Source: a virus (Duplodnaviria; Caudoviricetes). From it: a DNA stretch of 60,485 nucleotides. Positions 28,179-38,166 of the stretch are shown in pieces (positions within the stretch are counted from its first letter, which is position 1; each line of letters begins with the position of its first letter). Location of the stretch: positions 1-60,485 of the IMG/VR virus record IMGVR_UViG_3300022074_004529. One strand, given 5' to 3'. The translations under genes were made by a program, and so were the position numbers. The notes under the pieces are model-generated. The model saw nothing but the letters and a program-made list of their open reading frames with translations, had not been told where the DNA came from and searched no databases.

Positions 28179-28203
28179 GAGGAAGGACTCAAAGTCCCTC
28201 CTC
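28179..28203 (-). terminator. Stem-loop (terminator-like or processing hairpin)
   Basis: gaggagggact-ttg-agtccttcctc in intergenic gap; weak U tail. Confidence 0.45.
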
Positions 28204-28216
28204 TGGTTTACGAATT

Positions 28217-28447
28217 TTACTTCTTATTCCATATTGCATAAAGTATCCAGATTGCGACTAAGCCCATTAGGCCTTCTGCGCCAAGTGTATTAAGCATAGC
28301 TGAAACGTTTGCTATAATACTCACTTCTGGTAAGAACGGAATTGCTCCTAGACCAAGCACCTCAAGAACCAACATAAGAGCGGCTATTGAAATACCTACA
28401 TCTGCTAGGGCTGATGCCCATCCTTTTACTGTTTTAAGAATATCCAT
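28217..28447 (-). CDS. Small two-TM membrane protein
   Basis: SD AGGAGG; two hydrophobic helices. Confidence 0.7.
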   Translation of the reverse strand: MDILKTVKGWASALADVGISIAALMLVLEVLGLGAIPFLPEVSIIANVSAMLNTLGAEGLMGLVAIWILYAIWNKK

Positions 28448-28461
28448 TTGATACCTCCTTT

Positions 28462-29154
28462 CTAACGTTGCGTTGTACTATACTCTTGTTGGAGTTTTAC
28501 ATTGTCAATAAATTCTTTCTTGACTGCGTCCTCCTTGAAAGAACCACGCAACACCGTAGTCTGTGTCAAACTGCTATGGGCTCTAATGCCTCTGTTTTCG
28601 CAACAACCATGTGTTGCCTGAACATAAACACCTACGTGCTCTGTTCCAGTTTCTTTTTGAATTGCATTTGCGATCATAACATTTAGATCTTCTTGCAATG
28701 TCCCTCGCATGGCACACCACTGTGCGATACGAGTATACTTACTCAATCCTAATAGTTTAGGACCTGCAATAATACCTATGTATGCCACACCTCTCACTGT
28801 TTGGTGATGGTGCGAACACAGGCTAGTAAGTTCACTTCTAACAACCAACATGCCTTCATAGCCACCTTCAATATAATTTGGAAAACTACTTGGGTTGGGC
28901 ATAGGATCATATCTACCAGACATAATCTCATTGATATACATCTTAGCCATACGTCTGCCAGTATCCATACTATTAGGATCTGTCTTTGTGTCAATCAACA
29001 AATGTTGCAATACGTTCTCAAATGCCTCTGTTGCCTCGTCAATTAATTCTTGCTTTTCACCTTCTTCAATGTAATCAGCAATGTTGTCGTTAGCCCAATA
29101 CCTAACGTTGTTAGCTTCTAATCTCTCACGGATCTTATCGGAAGTCTTTCTCAT
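28462..29154 (-). CDS. folE: GTP cyclohydrolase I
   Basis: SLCSHH, GLSKYTR, LQE, HGCCENRG. Confidence 0.95.
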   Translation of the reverse strand: MRKTSDKIRERLEANNVRYWANDNIADYIEEGEKQELIDEATEAFENVLQHLLIDTKTDPNSMDTGRRMAKMYINEIMSGRYDPMPNPSSFPNYIEGGYEGMLVVRSELTSLCSHHHQTVRGVAYIGIIAGPKLLGLSKYTRIAQWCAMRGTLQEDLNVMIANAIQKETGTEHVGVYVQATHGCCENRGIRAHSSLTQTTVLRGSFKEDAVKKEFIDNVKLQQEYSTTQR

Positions 29155-30206
29155 GTACTTTGTTCCTTTATTTTGTTGTATAATTTATCACCACAAAAGA
29201 AGTCCGTAAGAGTATTTACTACTTTTTGGCTTATTTCAGGGTGATTATTGCTTTCTAATAGCGTTTTCATGTGCAATACGAGCTCGTCTTTGTGTTCTAG
29301 ATATGCATCAAAGCTCTCTGTCCATTCACTTGGATAGAGTACTTCTGGAATAGCCATCTCACTATATGACAATCTGTCTGGCACAAAAGGCGTTGCTCCT
29401 AATAGAGCACCTTCATACCAACTAATGCCTAGTGTTTCCTGTAGGTTTGCACTAAACACCATTTTACTTTTTGCAAGCAATTCGTGATATTCATTCTTTG
29501 TTAATTGTTTTTCCTGAGCAGTAATAAACTCATAGTCAGGAAAACTATTAGCAAGGTCTACAAAAATATCATGTTGTTTCTCAGGTGCAATCCTATGTGG
29601 GAATAACACAATATTTTCTTTGCTGTCTGGATTATGATGGCTGAGGATCTCTGTAAGATATTCCATAGGCCAACCCACACGATGCATTTTGTCTGGGTCT
29701 AATGCATAGTTTTCATCAAATGCATCTGTAAACATATCAATGTGAAAGTCTGTAGCAAAGAAGTTATCATCATAACATTCATACATTGACATTTCAGCAT
29801 GTCTAACCCACTTAGCATCTCCAATTAGTCTGCCGAGAAAATCCTGTGTATCATAACTACCTGCATGCCACATGCCCCCGATAGTAATATCGATATTAAG
29901 TAGGCTGGCCATGTATCGTAACTGAATGACAGTAGGATTCCAAGCATCTGTATACAGAAAATAATCACCATCATGTATTTTACCTTCGCAAAATAGTGTG
30001 GCAATTTGTTGTAGTTGGTTTGACTTGTAAACATTGGTTCCTCCGAAGTTGAGGAACGCACCCGGCGTAGTGGCATGTGGAATTTCTCCTCCGCTAATTA
30101 CCTTCACCTTCTGGTTCGTTTTATTTTTTAACTGAACCGGAAGATGAGTCTTCCATTGGGCTGTGTAACGTGTGTCCACAGCCTCTATGTCTACTACATA
30201 TATCAT
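29151..30206 (-). CDS. GT-B fold (family 1/4-like) glycosyltransferase; start revised to MIYVVD
   Basis: WHAGSYD, FPHRIAPEK, QETLGISWYEG (Ex7E), PDRLSY. Confidence 0.75.
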   Translation of the reverse strand: MIYVVDIEAVDTRYTAQWKTHLPVQLKNKTNQKVKVISGGEIPHATTPGAFLNFGGTNVYKSNQLQQIATLFCEGKIHDGDYFLYTDAWNPTVIQLRYMASLLNIDITIGGMWHAGSYDTQDFLGRLIGDAKWVRHAEMSMYECYDDNFFATDFHIDMFTDAFDENYALDPDKMHRVGWPMEYLTEILSHHNPDSKENIVLFPHRIAPEKQHDIFVDLANSFPDYEFITAQEKQLTKNEYHELLAKSKMVFSANLQETLGISWYEGALLGATPFVPDRLSYSEMAIPEVLYPSEWTESFDAYLEHKDELVLHMKTLLESNNHPEISQKVVNTLTDFFCGDKLYNKIKEQST

Positions 30207-30529
30207 GTAGCAAACATTTCCAACCACCCAGTAGGTTTCACTGCGTACTGCAATCTTCCTACATGGATTTTAAGTTTCTTAGGAGTACGATCTCTGTGGA
30301 TCTGTACACTAATATCGAAAGTAACGGCATTTTCTTTGTCGCTACTTACAATGTTGAAAGCATAAACTTTATGTGCTTTCTTAAGATCACCTAGGAATGC
30401 TTGAAACAATCCAGTAACCTTTACTGTGTCGGCTTCATTAAACATGTAGCCATCATATGGCTTCATAACCTTTAGAAGATCAAACTTGATATCCTGTAGG
30501 TTATAAGAACCTGAAATAAAAACACTCAT
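30203..30529 (-). CDS. Hypothetical protein
   Basis: 108-aa ORF between queD and the GT. Confidence 0.6.
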   Translation of the reverse strand: MSVFISGSYNLQDIKFDLLKVMKPYDGYMFNEADTVKVTGLFQAFLGDLKKAHKVYAFNIVSSDKENAVTFDISVQIHRDRTPKKLKIHVGRLQYAVKPTGWLEMFAT

Positions 30530-30530
30530 C

Positions 30531-30914
30531 TTAATTTCCTTTGAATGTTAGTGTTGCGCCGTTTTCGTCATCTTCAGACACTGTAATCTCAATGTCGCGT
30601 CCTGGATGCTTTTTGTGAATTTGAAATGCTAGTGCTTCAGCAATCATCTCACATGATTTGTAGTCTAGTTCAAGAGTTTTTTCACTGTATAGTTTTTCCA
30701 ACCAACGTTTAAACTGGATGAATTCAATATCTCTATCATCATGAAATACTTCAATTGCTACCTTAAAATGAAAGATGTGTCTATGTGGATAACCCAAAAA
30801 GGATACATCATATTCATCACCTGTTGCTAGGTTAGGATCTTCAAGGGCGGCTGGATATTTATGAATGCCTTCCTTTGCAAACTTAACCCAGATCATTCTT
30901 TTTGTTGGTTGCAT
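30531..30914 (-). CDS. queD: QueD/6-pyruvoyl-tetrahydropterin synthase-like T-fold protein
   Basis: F...H, HRHIF Zn ligands, DIEF, SCEMIA, VSED. Confidence 0.75.
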   Translation of the reverse strand: MQPTKRMIWVKFAKEGIHKYPAALEDPNLATGDEYDVSFLGYPHRHIFHFKVAIEVFHDDRDIEFIQFKRWLEKLYSEKTLELDYKSCEMIAEALAFQIHKKHPGRDIEITVSEDDENGATLTFKGN

Positions 30915-30916
30915 AA

Positions 30917-31108
30917 TTACTCCTGCTCTTCACCAGTTTGTTTACGTAAGATTTTTAGAATTTCCCAGAGCTTCCAATCCATTGCTTCTGCGTACTTCAT
31001 AAACTTCTCAATAGTTTCACTGTCCATTGTGATGTCTTTGGAGATAACGCCTTCTTCAGTAGTTTTGTCTGGTTCATCCATGAGCCTAATTTTCTTGGCC
31101 ATGTTCAC
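30917..31108 (-). CDS. Hypothetical protein
   Basis: MDWKLWEILK; tiles operon. Confidence 0.55.
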   Translation of the reverse strand: MNMAKKIRLMDEPDKTTEEGVISKDITMDSETIEKFMKYAEAMDWKLWEILKILRKQTGEEQE

Positions 31109-31280
31109 TTCTCCTTTGTTTAAGTGTGTTAATCTCGTCTTTTAGAGTTAACTTGTCTTTCTTCATTTGTGCTAGATCTTCATAGCCTTCAGTATACATG
31201 TCAGCTATGTTTTTGTCAAGTGCTCTATGTCTAGCTTCTAGTGCCTTGATTCTATTCTCGAGCTTTTCGAGTGTTACCAT
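31086..31280 (-). CDS. DUF465-like coiled-coil protein
   Basis: H..LD..I, MKKDKLTLKDEI. Confidence 0.65.
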   Translation of the reverse strand: MVTLEKLENRIKALEARHRALDKNIADMYTEGYEDLAQMKKDKLTLKDEINTLKQRRSEHGQEN

Positions 31281-32779
31281 TATACCGTCTCCAGTAGTTG
31301 ATGTGCCTCTTCTTCATCCTCTGTAGTAAATTCAGTATCACTATCAAGCTCTTCAACCTCTACTTCAAACAGGCTGTTAAAACTATTTGTGCTTGTAGCA
31401 AGTGTCTTCTTACCATTAAAGTTAGCAAGCATTGGAGCCGCCTCTTCTAACATACTGTAAGGAGTTTCACTTTTAAACAAGTCCTGAATAAACTGTGTGA
31501 TGTATAGAATATCACGTGGCACCCAAGGACTAAACTGTTCTTCTTTGCTACTGCTCTTTAGTTTACGCCAATGCTTATGTTGTAAACTATGCATCTGCAT
31601 CTCTGCATCAACAAGTTCATTTGCACGTTGTACAGATTCAATATGTTGATATACATTGTGAGCCATTAGCAAGAAGTAAGTTAGACTATCCCAACTTGTT
31701 TTGCCTTCTTTGCCAATTTTATTAAGCATACCTGGCTTATACCAACAAACATCTCCCATTGAAAGCCTATCACCAATAGGACTTGTCCACGGAAACTGAA
31801 TGTCTGTACCTGCTAGTCGCTTATCATCAATCGCACTATCCATAACATAGCCAAACCTATCTGACTTATGAACGTGCTGAGTATACATCTGTCCTTTTGC
31901 TGTCGCAATAAAAGGAGATGCACAATCAAACATGACTTCAATATCCTCGTTAACTGTTTCACGTAGGGCTCGCTTAACCGCTGTCAATGCAACTGCCCAA
32001 TCCAGTTTACTTGTACCAAGGAAGTGTAGCACATCACGCTCACCTTTTTCTAATAACTTCTCATCACGAAGTTTAAGTAAGTGATGTAGCATAATGTTGA
32101 TGTCATACTTTGTAGCACCACCAAATGCAAAGCCTTCAAACGGAAGATGCTTTACTGTATCAATCCAAGTATCTGCCTCTGCTTTATCTCTACCTTGTAA
32201 AACATTTAGATACTTTGTATTACCTTTACGGTTCTTTACGAACCAATTACAATTATGTAATGTATAATCCAAACACTGACGGAAGTCCTTAATGCCTGTC
32301 TTTTGCTTATAAGGTTCACTTGCCGCCATTGTAGGAATATCTAGAATCATACTGTAATCAGCAGTATGTTCTAACCAATTTAAAATAGTATGCCTGAGGC
32401 TATCATCACTTTTAAAGTTAGCCCAGTCACATTGTATCACACCTTTAATAATCTGGAAACCACCTGAGTCACCAAGTATAAAAGTATTAGGCCTATCTCT
32501 TTCTTGCACCATATTATCGTGCTTGTCTGCCTTTGACAAATCTAGCTGGGCGTGACCAGCACTATACAAACCCCACTTGTAAGTGTAGTATGCATCTTGC
32601 TTTAGGAAGTCACACCCATCTAGACCGTCTTCAAAGCGAGCAGGGATTCGTTCGGGGGGAAAGAATGAATCACCTTGCTCGCGGTACCTGCTAATAGTTC
32701 TATCATAGAAACTACTAATGCTAGGCAGGAATACAGAATAGTCCTTATTACGTTCTGTTAAATTTACTTTATGTGCCAT
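31280..32779 (-). CDS. dpdA: DpdA-type DNA transglycosylase (tRNA-guanine transglycosylase fold)
   Basis: LGDSGGFQ, MILD, LNVLQG, FAFGG, HFLG, FDCASP, HN; lies beside queD/folE and the clamp gene. Confidence 0.8.
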   Translation of the reverse strand: MAHKVNLTERNKDYSVFLPSISSFYDRTISRYREQGDSFFPPERIPARFEDGLDGCDFLKQDAYYTYKWGLYSAGHAQLDLSKADKHDNMVQERDRPNTFILGDSGGFQIIKGVIQCDWANFKSDDSLRHTILNWLEHTADYSMILDIPTMAASEPYKQKTGIKDFRQCLDYTLHNCNWFVKNRKGNTKYLNVLQGRDKAEADTWIDTVKHLPFEGFAFGGATKYDINIMLHHLLKLRDEKLLEKGERDVLHFLGTSKLDWAVALTAVKRALRETVNEDIEVMFDCASPFIATAKGQMYTQHVHKSDRFGYVMDSAIDDKRLAGTDIQFPWTSPIGDRLSMGDVCWYKPGMLNKIGKEGKTSWDSLTYFLLMAHNVYQHIESVQRANELVDAEMQMHSLQHKHWRKLKSSSKEEQFSPWVPRDILYITQFIQDLFKSETPYSMLEEAAPMLANFNGKKTLATSTNSFNSLFEVEVEELDSDTEFTTEDEEEAHQLLETV

Positions 32780-33532
32780 TTATACCGTCAATGCTGGAAG
32801 AATATAGTCATACTTGCCAATGCCTGTATCAATGCTAATCTGCAAAGCACCTCGCTTTGAGATCTGCATAACACAATGACCTGACATACCAAGTTTAAGG
32901 ATAGCAAGTACTTGTGTCAGTGGCCATGCATAACCTTCATTAAGTTCACCTTCAATGTTATGAGCAAATGTACGTTTACCTGTAAGCGATCCATCACTTG
33001 CACCTACTGTAATAATAAGATTGCTATCTTCAGTCTTTACTGTAAAGTTAGGCTCAATACCACCATAGATACCTGCAACTTGTGTAAGCTCACTTACCTT
33101 TGCCTTTGTGGGCTCAAATGTTACGTCCCAATCAGTGCCTTTGAACTTCACAGTTTGTAGTGTCTGTTCAATAATTTCTTTACTCATAAACCTATATTGG
33201 TCAGTGTTACCATCTACATCAGTAAACAACAAATGATCAGGTGTTTCAACACCATTACGTTCTCTGCCTACAACTGCGATTGATGCACTGTCTTCCTTAT
33301 AGTTAGGAAGATTAGTTACGCCTGCTAGGAAGCCAAGATTGCCTAGTCCAAACTCACCAGTGAATTCATTAATTGGATTGTGTAGGCTTGCCTTTACAAT
33401 AACTGTACGCTCAGTGTCCATAGCATCTAGTGTTGTTTCACTATCGCTACCAGTCACCTTAACGGCATTGATAAAGCCAAGACCTGCTGTCATACGTACA
33501 ATATCTTGTACTGCGTCTTTAACTGTACTCAT
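32780..33532 (-). CDS. Probable DNA polymerase sliding clamp (gp45-like processivity factor)
   Basis: 250 aa alpha/beta pattern ending YDYILP; own sigma70 promoter; family call from memory of phage homologues. Confidence 0.55.
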   Translation of the reverse strand: MSTVKDAVQDIVRMTAGLGFINAVKVTGSDSETTLDAMDTERTVIVKASLHNPINEFTGEFGLGNLGFLAGVTNLPNYKEDSASIAVVGRERNGVETPDHLLFTDVDGNTDQYRFMSKEIIEQTLQTVKFKGTDWDVTFEPTKAKVSELTQVAGIYGGIEPNFTVKTEDSNLIITVGASDGSLTGKRTFAHNIEGELNEGYAWPLTQVLAILKLGMSGHCVMQISKRGALQISIDTGIGKYDYILPALTV

Positions 33533-33564
33533 ACTTAGAGTCTCCTTATGTTTTGATTATGTTA

Positions 33565-33593
33565 AGTATATGATTATATTTAGAAAATGTCAA
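33565..33593 (-). promoter_or_regulatory. sigma70-type promoter TTGACA-N17-TATACT
   Basis: Heads the clamp-dpdA-queD-GT-folE operon. Confidence 0.75.
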
Positions 33594-34798
33594 GTATTTT
33601 CTGCCCAAATGGCCATAAAATTTGTGTTTCGTAATTCATCTAACCTGGCCATGTAAGTTAGAAATGTTTCGTAATGTTCTGCCACTGCCGGCATCCTTAA
33701 CTGTTGTATTAAAGCTCTAAAGTTATGTGCATCAAACCTACTCCAATGCCTATGCTCTAATCTTTCTGCTAGTTTATGTTTGTAATCCTCATTAGGATAA
33801 TGTTCTATTCTTAAATGATTGGGTCTGTAGAGCGGTAATCCTAACTTGTTTACATTAGAATCATAATTCTCATCTACCCAATCTAACCAGTCCTCAATAT
33901 TATGGATATTCATTAACTGTGGTACGTAACAAAATCCATGTCCTACTTTTGCTTCACGTAATAACTTTAAATTATCTGTAAACTTTTGCCAACTAATTGT
34001 TTTGCCTACACTAGGTCTTGCTATTGGATATAAGTCTTCTCCGTGTGCATCACAACTTATAACAAGTTTACAATTAAACTTCGCTAACTTATCTATAAAA
34101 GGTTCTATTAAACTTGCGTTTGTTATAACTTTTAATACTCCATTATAACGTTCTTTTTCCAGTCTGTCAAGTAAATATTTCACTTGTGGCATATAAAATG
34201 GTTCGCCTCCTGACAGATCTATTAGGTTAGCATTTATAAAGTGTTCCCAATTATCATCTATAAAACTAATAGGCAACTGTGCAACTGTTTCAACCATTGC
34301 TTGTTCATTAAGAGGCCTGTTTAAATAATTTACATCCGCATCTGTACTGCTTTTAAATACTCCGTTAAACTTTTCCCAATCTTTTAACCATCCTGTGCTT
34401 CTTGCTATATTGCACATTGGGCATTTCATATTACATGCATTGCTGAAGTCTACTTTTATTTTACGTATTCTTGTTGTTGCATGTTGTGCAAAGTCTTTGT
34501 AGTTAGTATATTTGTTTCCAGATAGCATTTCAATACTACCATCTTGATTATGGCTACTTCTAAAACTGTCGCCTATCTTATCTTCTCTATCCCAACACTT
34601 GTTACATATCCTATGTCGCTCACCGTTCTTAAATGTTTTACGTACATCTTGTAAGAAATTACTGTAAAATATTTCCGATAGTGAGGTACTATTTACATTA
34701 CCAACTGCCTTTTGTGTATCACAACAGATTAAAACTCTGCCGTCAGGACGAATAAACATTTCAGAAAATGGTATAGGACAATAAGTTTCTAGGTTCAT
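33590..34798 (-). CDS. Radical SAM protein with N-terminal SPASM/twitch domain; start revised to MNLETYC
   Basis: YCPIPF, ICC, CNKC, CNMKCPMC, LSGGEPF. Confidence 0.9.
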   Translation of the reverse strand: MNLETYCPIPFSEMFIRPDGRVLICCDTQKAVGNVNSTSLSEIFYSNFLQDVRKTFKNGERHRICNKCWDREDKIGDSFRSSHNQDGSIEMLSGNKYTNYKDFAQHATTRIRKIKVDFSNACNMKCPMCNIARSTGWLKDWEKFNGVFKSSTDADVNYLNRPLNEQAMVETVAQLPISFIDDNWEHFINANLIDLSGGEPFYMPQVKYLLDRLEKERYNGVLKVITNASLIEPFIDKLAKFNCKLVISCDAHGEDLYPIARPSVGKTISWQKFTDNLKLLREAKVGHGFCYVPQLMNIHNIEDWLDWVDENYDSNVNKLGLPLYRPNHLRIEHYPNEDYKHKLAERLEHRHWSRFDAHNFRALIQQLRMPAVAEHYETFLTYMARLDELRNTNFMAIWAENT

Positions 34799-35886
34799 GT
34801 AAATTGAGCTCCGAAAGGATCGAATTCTGTACCACACTTCTGGGCACAAACACCTAACTTACCGGACTTAATACTCTCAATTTTCCAACTACGTTTTATG
34901 TCTTCCATAATGCCAGATTCAAACACGCCTTCTATACCAAAGTACTTAGCGTTTATTGCATCTTTACCACCAGCTCTATCTATGAAATCCCATATTTGTT
35001 CAGCACGATAGTCTTCGTGCCACCATTTATACATACGACCTGCTGTCCAACAGCAAGGCAAAACAAGTCCTTCTGCTGTTACGAATACACTCATGTCTTT
35101 TAGAATCTTACAACTAATAGAGGCTTTATTGTAGTACTCCATCATACTACCATATGTCTTTTCAATCTCTTTCATCTTTGCTAATGCAAGGTTCTGATGC
35201 TCTGCCTTCTTAGGCTTTGCGAGCTTCTGTGTTTCTTTACCCTTGCGATTAACTGACTGATGTTCTGTCTTTGCTTCATGTGATGTACTTTTAATAAAAC
35301 GTCCTGTCTTCTTTTTCATAAAACGTTCTACACCCCACTCCTTAGCGAGCTGTTCAGCACGTTCTACATCACATTCACTGTGTTCAAATATTAAGTAATC
35401 CCATCTTGCTCTGCCACCTGCATTGATAAATGCTTTCATGTTACGCTCTACGAATTCCCAACGTACATTCTGCCTATACAAATGGTTTGTATTTTCTAAT
35501 CCATCAACACTGAATATTACACAACCCATTTTACCAATTGCTTTTGCAACATCAGCCCACCACTCTGCATCACGAGCACCTGCATTTGTATTCATGCTTA
35601 ACCAAATGTTAGGATTGCATTCTCTGAAATAACGGAATACTTCTAATGTATCTCTTGCACTAATAGGATCACCTAAGTTACCACACATATACATTGTCTT
35701 TAACTGCTTAATAAAATCAGGAGGGAAGATAACCATTATATCTTCAAGCGATAGTTCCTGTTCAGCACCTCTTATGTGTCTGTTAACCTCACCACCATTG
35801 TGATTACGATCACACATAGGACAGGCCGCATTACAACGCTGTGTAATTTCTAAATGCACTTCTTTAATGTCGCTTACTTTATACAT
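34795..35886 (-). CDS. Radical SAM protein with C-terminal SPASM/twitch domain
   Basis: CNAACPMC, CGNLGDP, FSVDG, G.VLPCC, CAQKC. Confidence 0.9.
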   Translation of the reverse strand: MYKVSDIKEVHLEITQRCNAACPMCDRNHNGGEVNRHIRGAEQELSLEDIMVIFPPDFIKQLKTMYMCGNLGDPISARDTLEVFRYFRECNPNIWLSMNTNAGARDAEWWADVAKAIGKMGCVIFSVDGLENTNHLYRQNVRWEFVERNMKAFINAGGRARWDYLIFEHSECDVERAEQLAKEWGVERFMKKKTGRFIKSTSHEAKTEHQSVNRKGKETQKLAKPKKAEHQNLALAKMKEIEKTYGSMMEYYNKASISCKILKDMSVFVTAEGLVLPCCWTAGRMYKWWHEDYRAEQIWDFIDRAGGKDAINAKYFGIEGVFESGIMEDIKRSWKIESIKSGKLGVCAQKCGTEFDPFGAQFT

Positions 35887-36157
35887 CTAATACAAACTTT
35901 ACATCTTTGCCAGGACCTATTTCACTGGGCATACCACCATGCTCAAATACATAGTGCTTTATAACTGCTTTATACCATATATGACTATTGTGATGTGCTT
36001 CTTTGTTAAACTTATGAATACTATTATTGTCTGCAGGCATTGTGCTGATTGCTCTTGCCGCTTCTCGCTGTAGTTCTCTTGTCTTTAATGTGCCTAAGTA
36101 TTCATCAAACTCTGCAAATGTAAGTTCCCATAGTTCATCATCCATTTCATCTGTCAT
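35879..36157 (-). CDS. Hypothetical phage protein
   Basis: AHHNSHIWYKAVI; tiles operon. Confidence 0.6.
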   Translation of the reverse strand: MTDEMDDELWELTFAEFDEYLGTLKTRELQREAARAISTMPADNNSIHKFNKEAHHNSHIWYKAVIKHYVFEHGGMPSEIGPGKDVKFVLDV

Positions 36158-36414
36158 CTATGATCTCCATATATTGTTTCAACACCAGACAGTGTAACTA
36201 TCATTGCCTTACGTTCTACATGCCATACTATTTCTATTACACGTTGTCCTTTATCATTTGTATCAACACCATTTAAATCCCATTCAGTTCCGTAATGAAA
36301 GTCTTGTTTAGTAAGTTGATAGGTAAGGTGTGCCATTGCATCCATCACAGGAAAGTGCATACCTTGATGATGCTTGGTATGGTCAGTAACCACATGATGC
36401 GTAAGTCGTATCAT
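36154..36414 (-). CDS. Hypothetical protein
   Basis: ATGA-coupled both sides. Confidence 0.55.
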   Translation of the reverse strand: MIRLTHHVVTDHTKHHQGMHFPVMDAMAHLTYQLTKQDFHYGTEWDLNGVDTNDKGQRVIEIVWHVERKAMIVTLSGVETIYGDHR

Positions 36415-37475
36415 TTTCTACCTATAAGCATGAAGCGATTATATAGATGTGTATCCAATGTGCCTTCATAATATATTTCTGACATAGGATATTTTGCCTT
36501 TGTGTCTTCAATATCTTTCATACAGTTTACATGCTGTTCATTACTAAAGTAATCGTTCTGATGTAATACTGTAAGTGTTCCTGCTGGTAAGTTTTCAAAC
36601 CATTCATTGTTCATGTGTTCACAACTTGTATTGATCACCAAGTTAATGTTACTCATATGTTTCCAACCAAAGTTATCATAAGCATTCTGTTTATCTTCTT
36701 GAGATATAATACCCTGTTGTAACTTCTCATCATTCTCAAAATGCCATTCTTTTATCTGTTGATCTCTACGTTCATTATCAATAAACTTCAGCTGATTGCC
36801 TTGCCATACAAGTTTGTTTACATCTGCTGTGTATGGAGTAAACTTTGTATCATCAAGTTCATCTGCATACAACCTTTTACATGGACCTACTACTGATTCA
36901 TCTACATCAATACTATAGATCTTATGTACATTAAACTGTTCGAATAGGAAGTGTGCAATAAAATTATACCAACCTCCATAGAATACTACATTGCCTATAG
37001 GCTCTGTGCCTATTACTTTTGCCAGTTCAGTTACCAACCAAATTTTACTACGTATCTGTCCTCTACTATAAAAGTCACCCAAGTTAGGAACGTCTAATTC
37101 CTGGTTTGCAAAGTAGGCCATAAACCTTGCTGTTCGTTGTATTAGAGATTCGTTAGGAATATACCATGCAAGGAATCCTATAAGACTACGTGCTTTAATA
37201 TCGTAATCTTCTAGCTCACTATGCATTGCAATATTAAAGAAGCTCTGTAACTTTGAGGACATCTCTTCTTTTTGTGCTTCAACGATACCACTTAGTTCTT
37301 TACGTGCATATTTCTTAGCCATATTAATTAATAGATCACGTTTCCTATACTTGTTATCGTGGTATAAAGCACGAAATATTAATTCAAAGTCATCATCATA
37401 TGCTTCTGTAAAACGAAAGTATTCGCTTAGTCCACATAACCAATGGTGTTGTTCTTGAAAATCAGAGGGCTTCAC
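36411..37475 (-). CDS. SAM-dependent methyltransferase-like protein
   Basis: GQIRSKIWL, VVFYGGWY, SIDVD, VINTSCEH, RFMLIG. Confidence 0.6.
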   Translation of the reverse strand: MKPSDFQEQHHWLCGLSEYFRFTEAYDDDFELIFRALYHDNKYRKRDLLINMAKKYARKELSGIVEAQKEEMSSKLQSFFNIAMHSELEDYDIKARSLIGFLAWYIPNESLIQRTARFMAYFANQELDVPNLGDFYSRGQIRSKIWLVTELAKVIGTEPIGNVVFYGGWYNFIAHFLFEQFNVHKIYSIDVDESVVGPCKRLYADELDDTKFTPYTADVNKLVWQGNQLKFIDNERRDQQIKEWHFENDEKLQQGIISQEDKQNAYDNFGWKHMSNINLVINTSCEHMNNEWFENLPAGTLTVLHQNDYFSNEQHVNCMKDIEDTKAKYPMSEIYYEGTLDTHLYNRFMLIGRK

Positions 37476-38166
37476 TAAATGTCTCCTTCAACCAATTCCA
37501 ATCGTTGATCCTACGTAAGGCTTCAACGTTGTTTTTATAATGGGTGCCAAAGTCTCTACCTTGTTGAGCTCCTAGTAAAGCATATTCGCCATACTTGCGA
37601 TTGTCTCCACGCTCACACCATACTTCTAATCTATAACTATCATCTGTCTGCTTGTTATGATCCACTATACCACTTGCTAATTTTGTACATTCACGAAATG
37701 CACTGCGCCAGGTATTAAATGGATCAGTATTAAATGCTGTAACATTACTTATCTCAAAAAGAGGTTTGAACTTAGCACCAATGCTTGTGGTCATGTCTAC
37801 TTTGAACTCTTTAACATCCAACAGGTTTCTTTTGGGAAACAACTTGACTGCACCATATCCATATATGAGATCATTAATAGGGTTATGACTACGATATGTA
37901 AACACACACTCTGTTTCTTTGACACCTGGGTAAGCCTCTTTAGTATTACTTGGTTCAAACTTAAATTGGAAGTTTGGTTGTATCCAAGCATCTGCATCAC
38001 ATACATAAAAATATTTAGTATTTGATTCTTCTGCACAGGCTTTATGTGCATTAAGTAATCCTTCTACACCATCAATACGTTTAGCATTTGGTGCAAAGGT
38101 TTGTAAGTGTGCAAAGTTCTCCTCTGCCTCTGGCTCACCAAACGTGAGCATGAAAACATCTAGCAT
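37462..38166 (-). CDS. GT-A fold glycosyltransferase-like protein
   Basis: GLLNAHKAC, VCDAD (DxD), YGYGAVKLF, WRSAFRE. Confidence 0.55.
   Translation of the reverse strand: MLDVFMLTFGEPEAEENFAHLQTFAPNAKRIDGVEGLLNAHKACAEESNTKYFYVCDADAWIQPNFQFKFEPSNTKEAYPGVKETECVFTYRSHNPINDLIYGYGAVKLFPKRNLLDVKEFKVDMTTSIGAKFKPLFEISNVTAFNTDPFNTWRSAFRECTKLASGIVDHNKQTDDSYRLEVWCERGDNRKYGEYALLGAQQGRDFGTHYKNNVEALRRINDWNWLKETFSEAL

Noticed and set aside
27935-28180. Phe/Leu-rich plus-strand ORF that looks like a membrane protein
   Set aside because: Mirror of the Lys-rich minus-strand 59-aa gene, which has the SD and translational coupling
31280-32779. Call as tRNA-guanine transglycosylase (tgt)
   Set aside because: No CxCxxC Zn motif, longer than Tgt, and context with clamp/queD/folE favours DNA-acting DpdA
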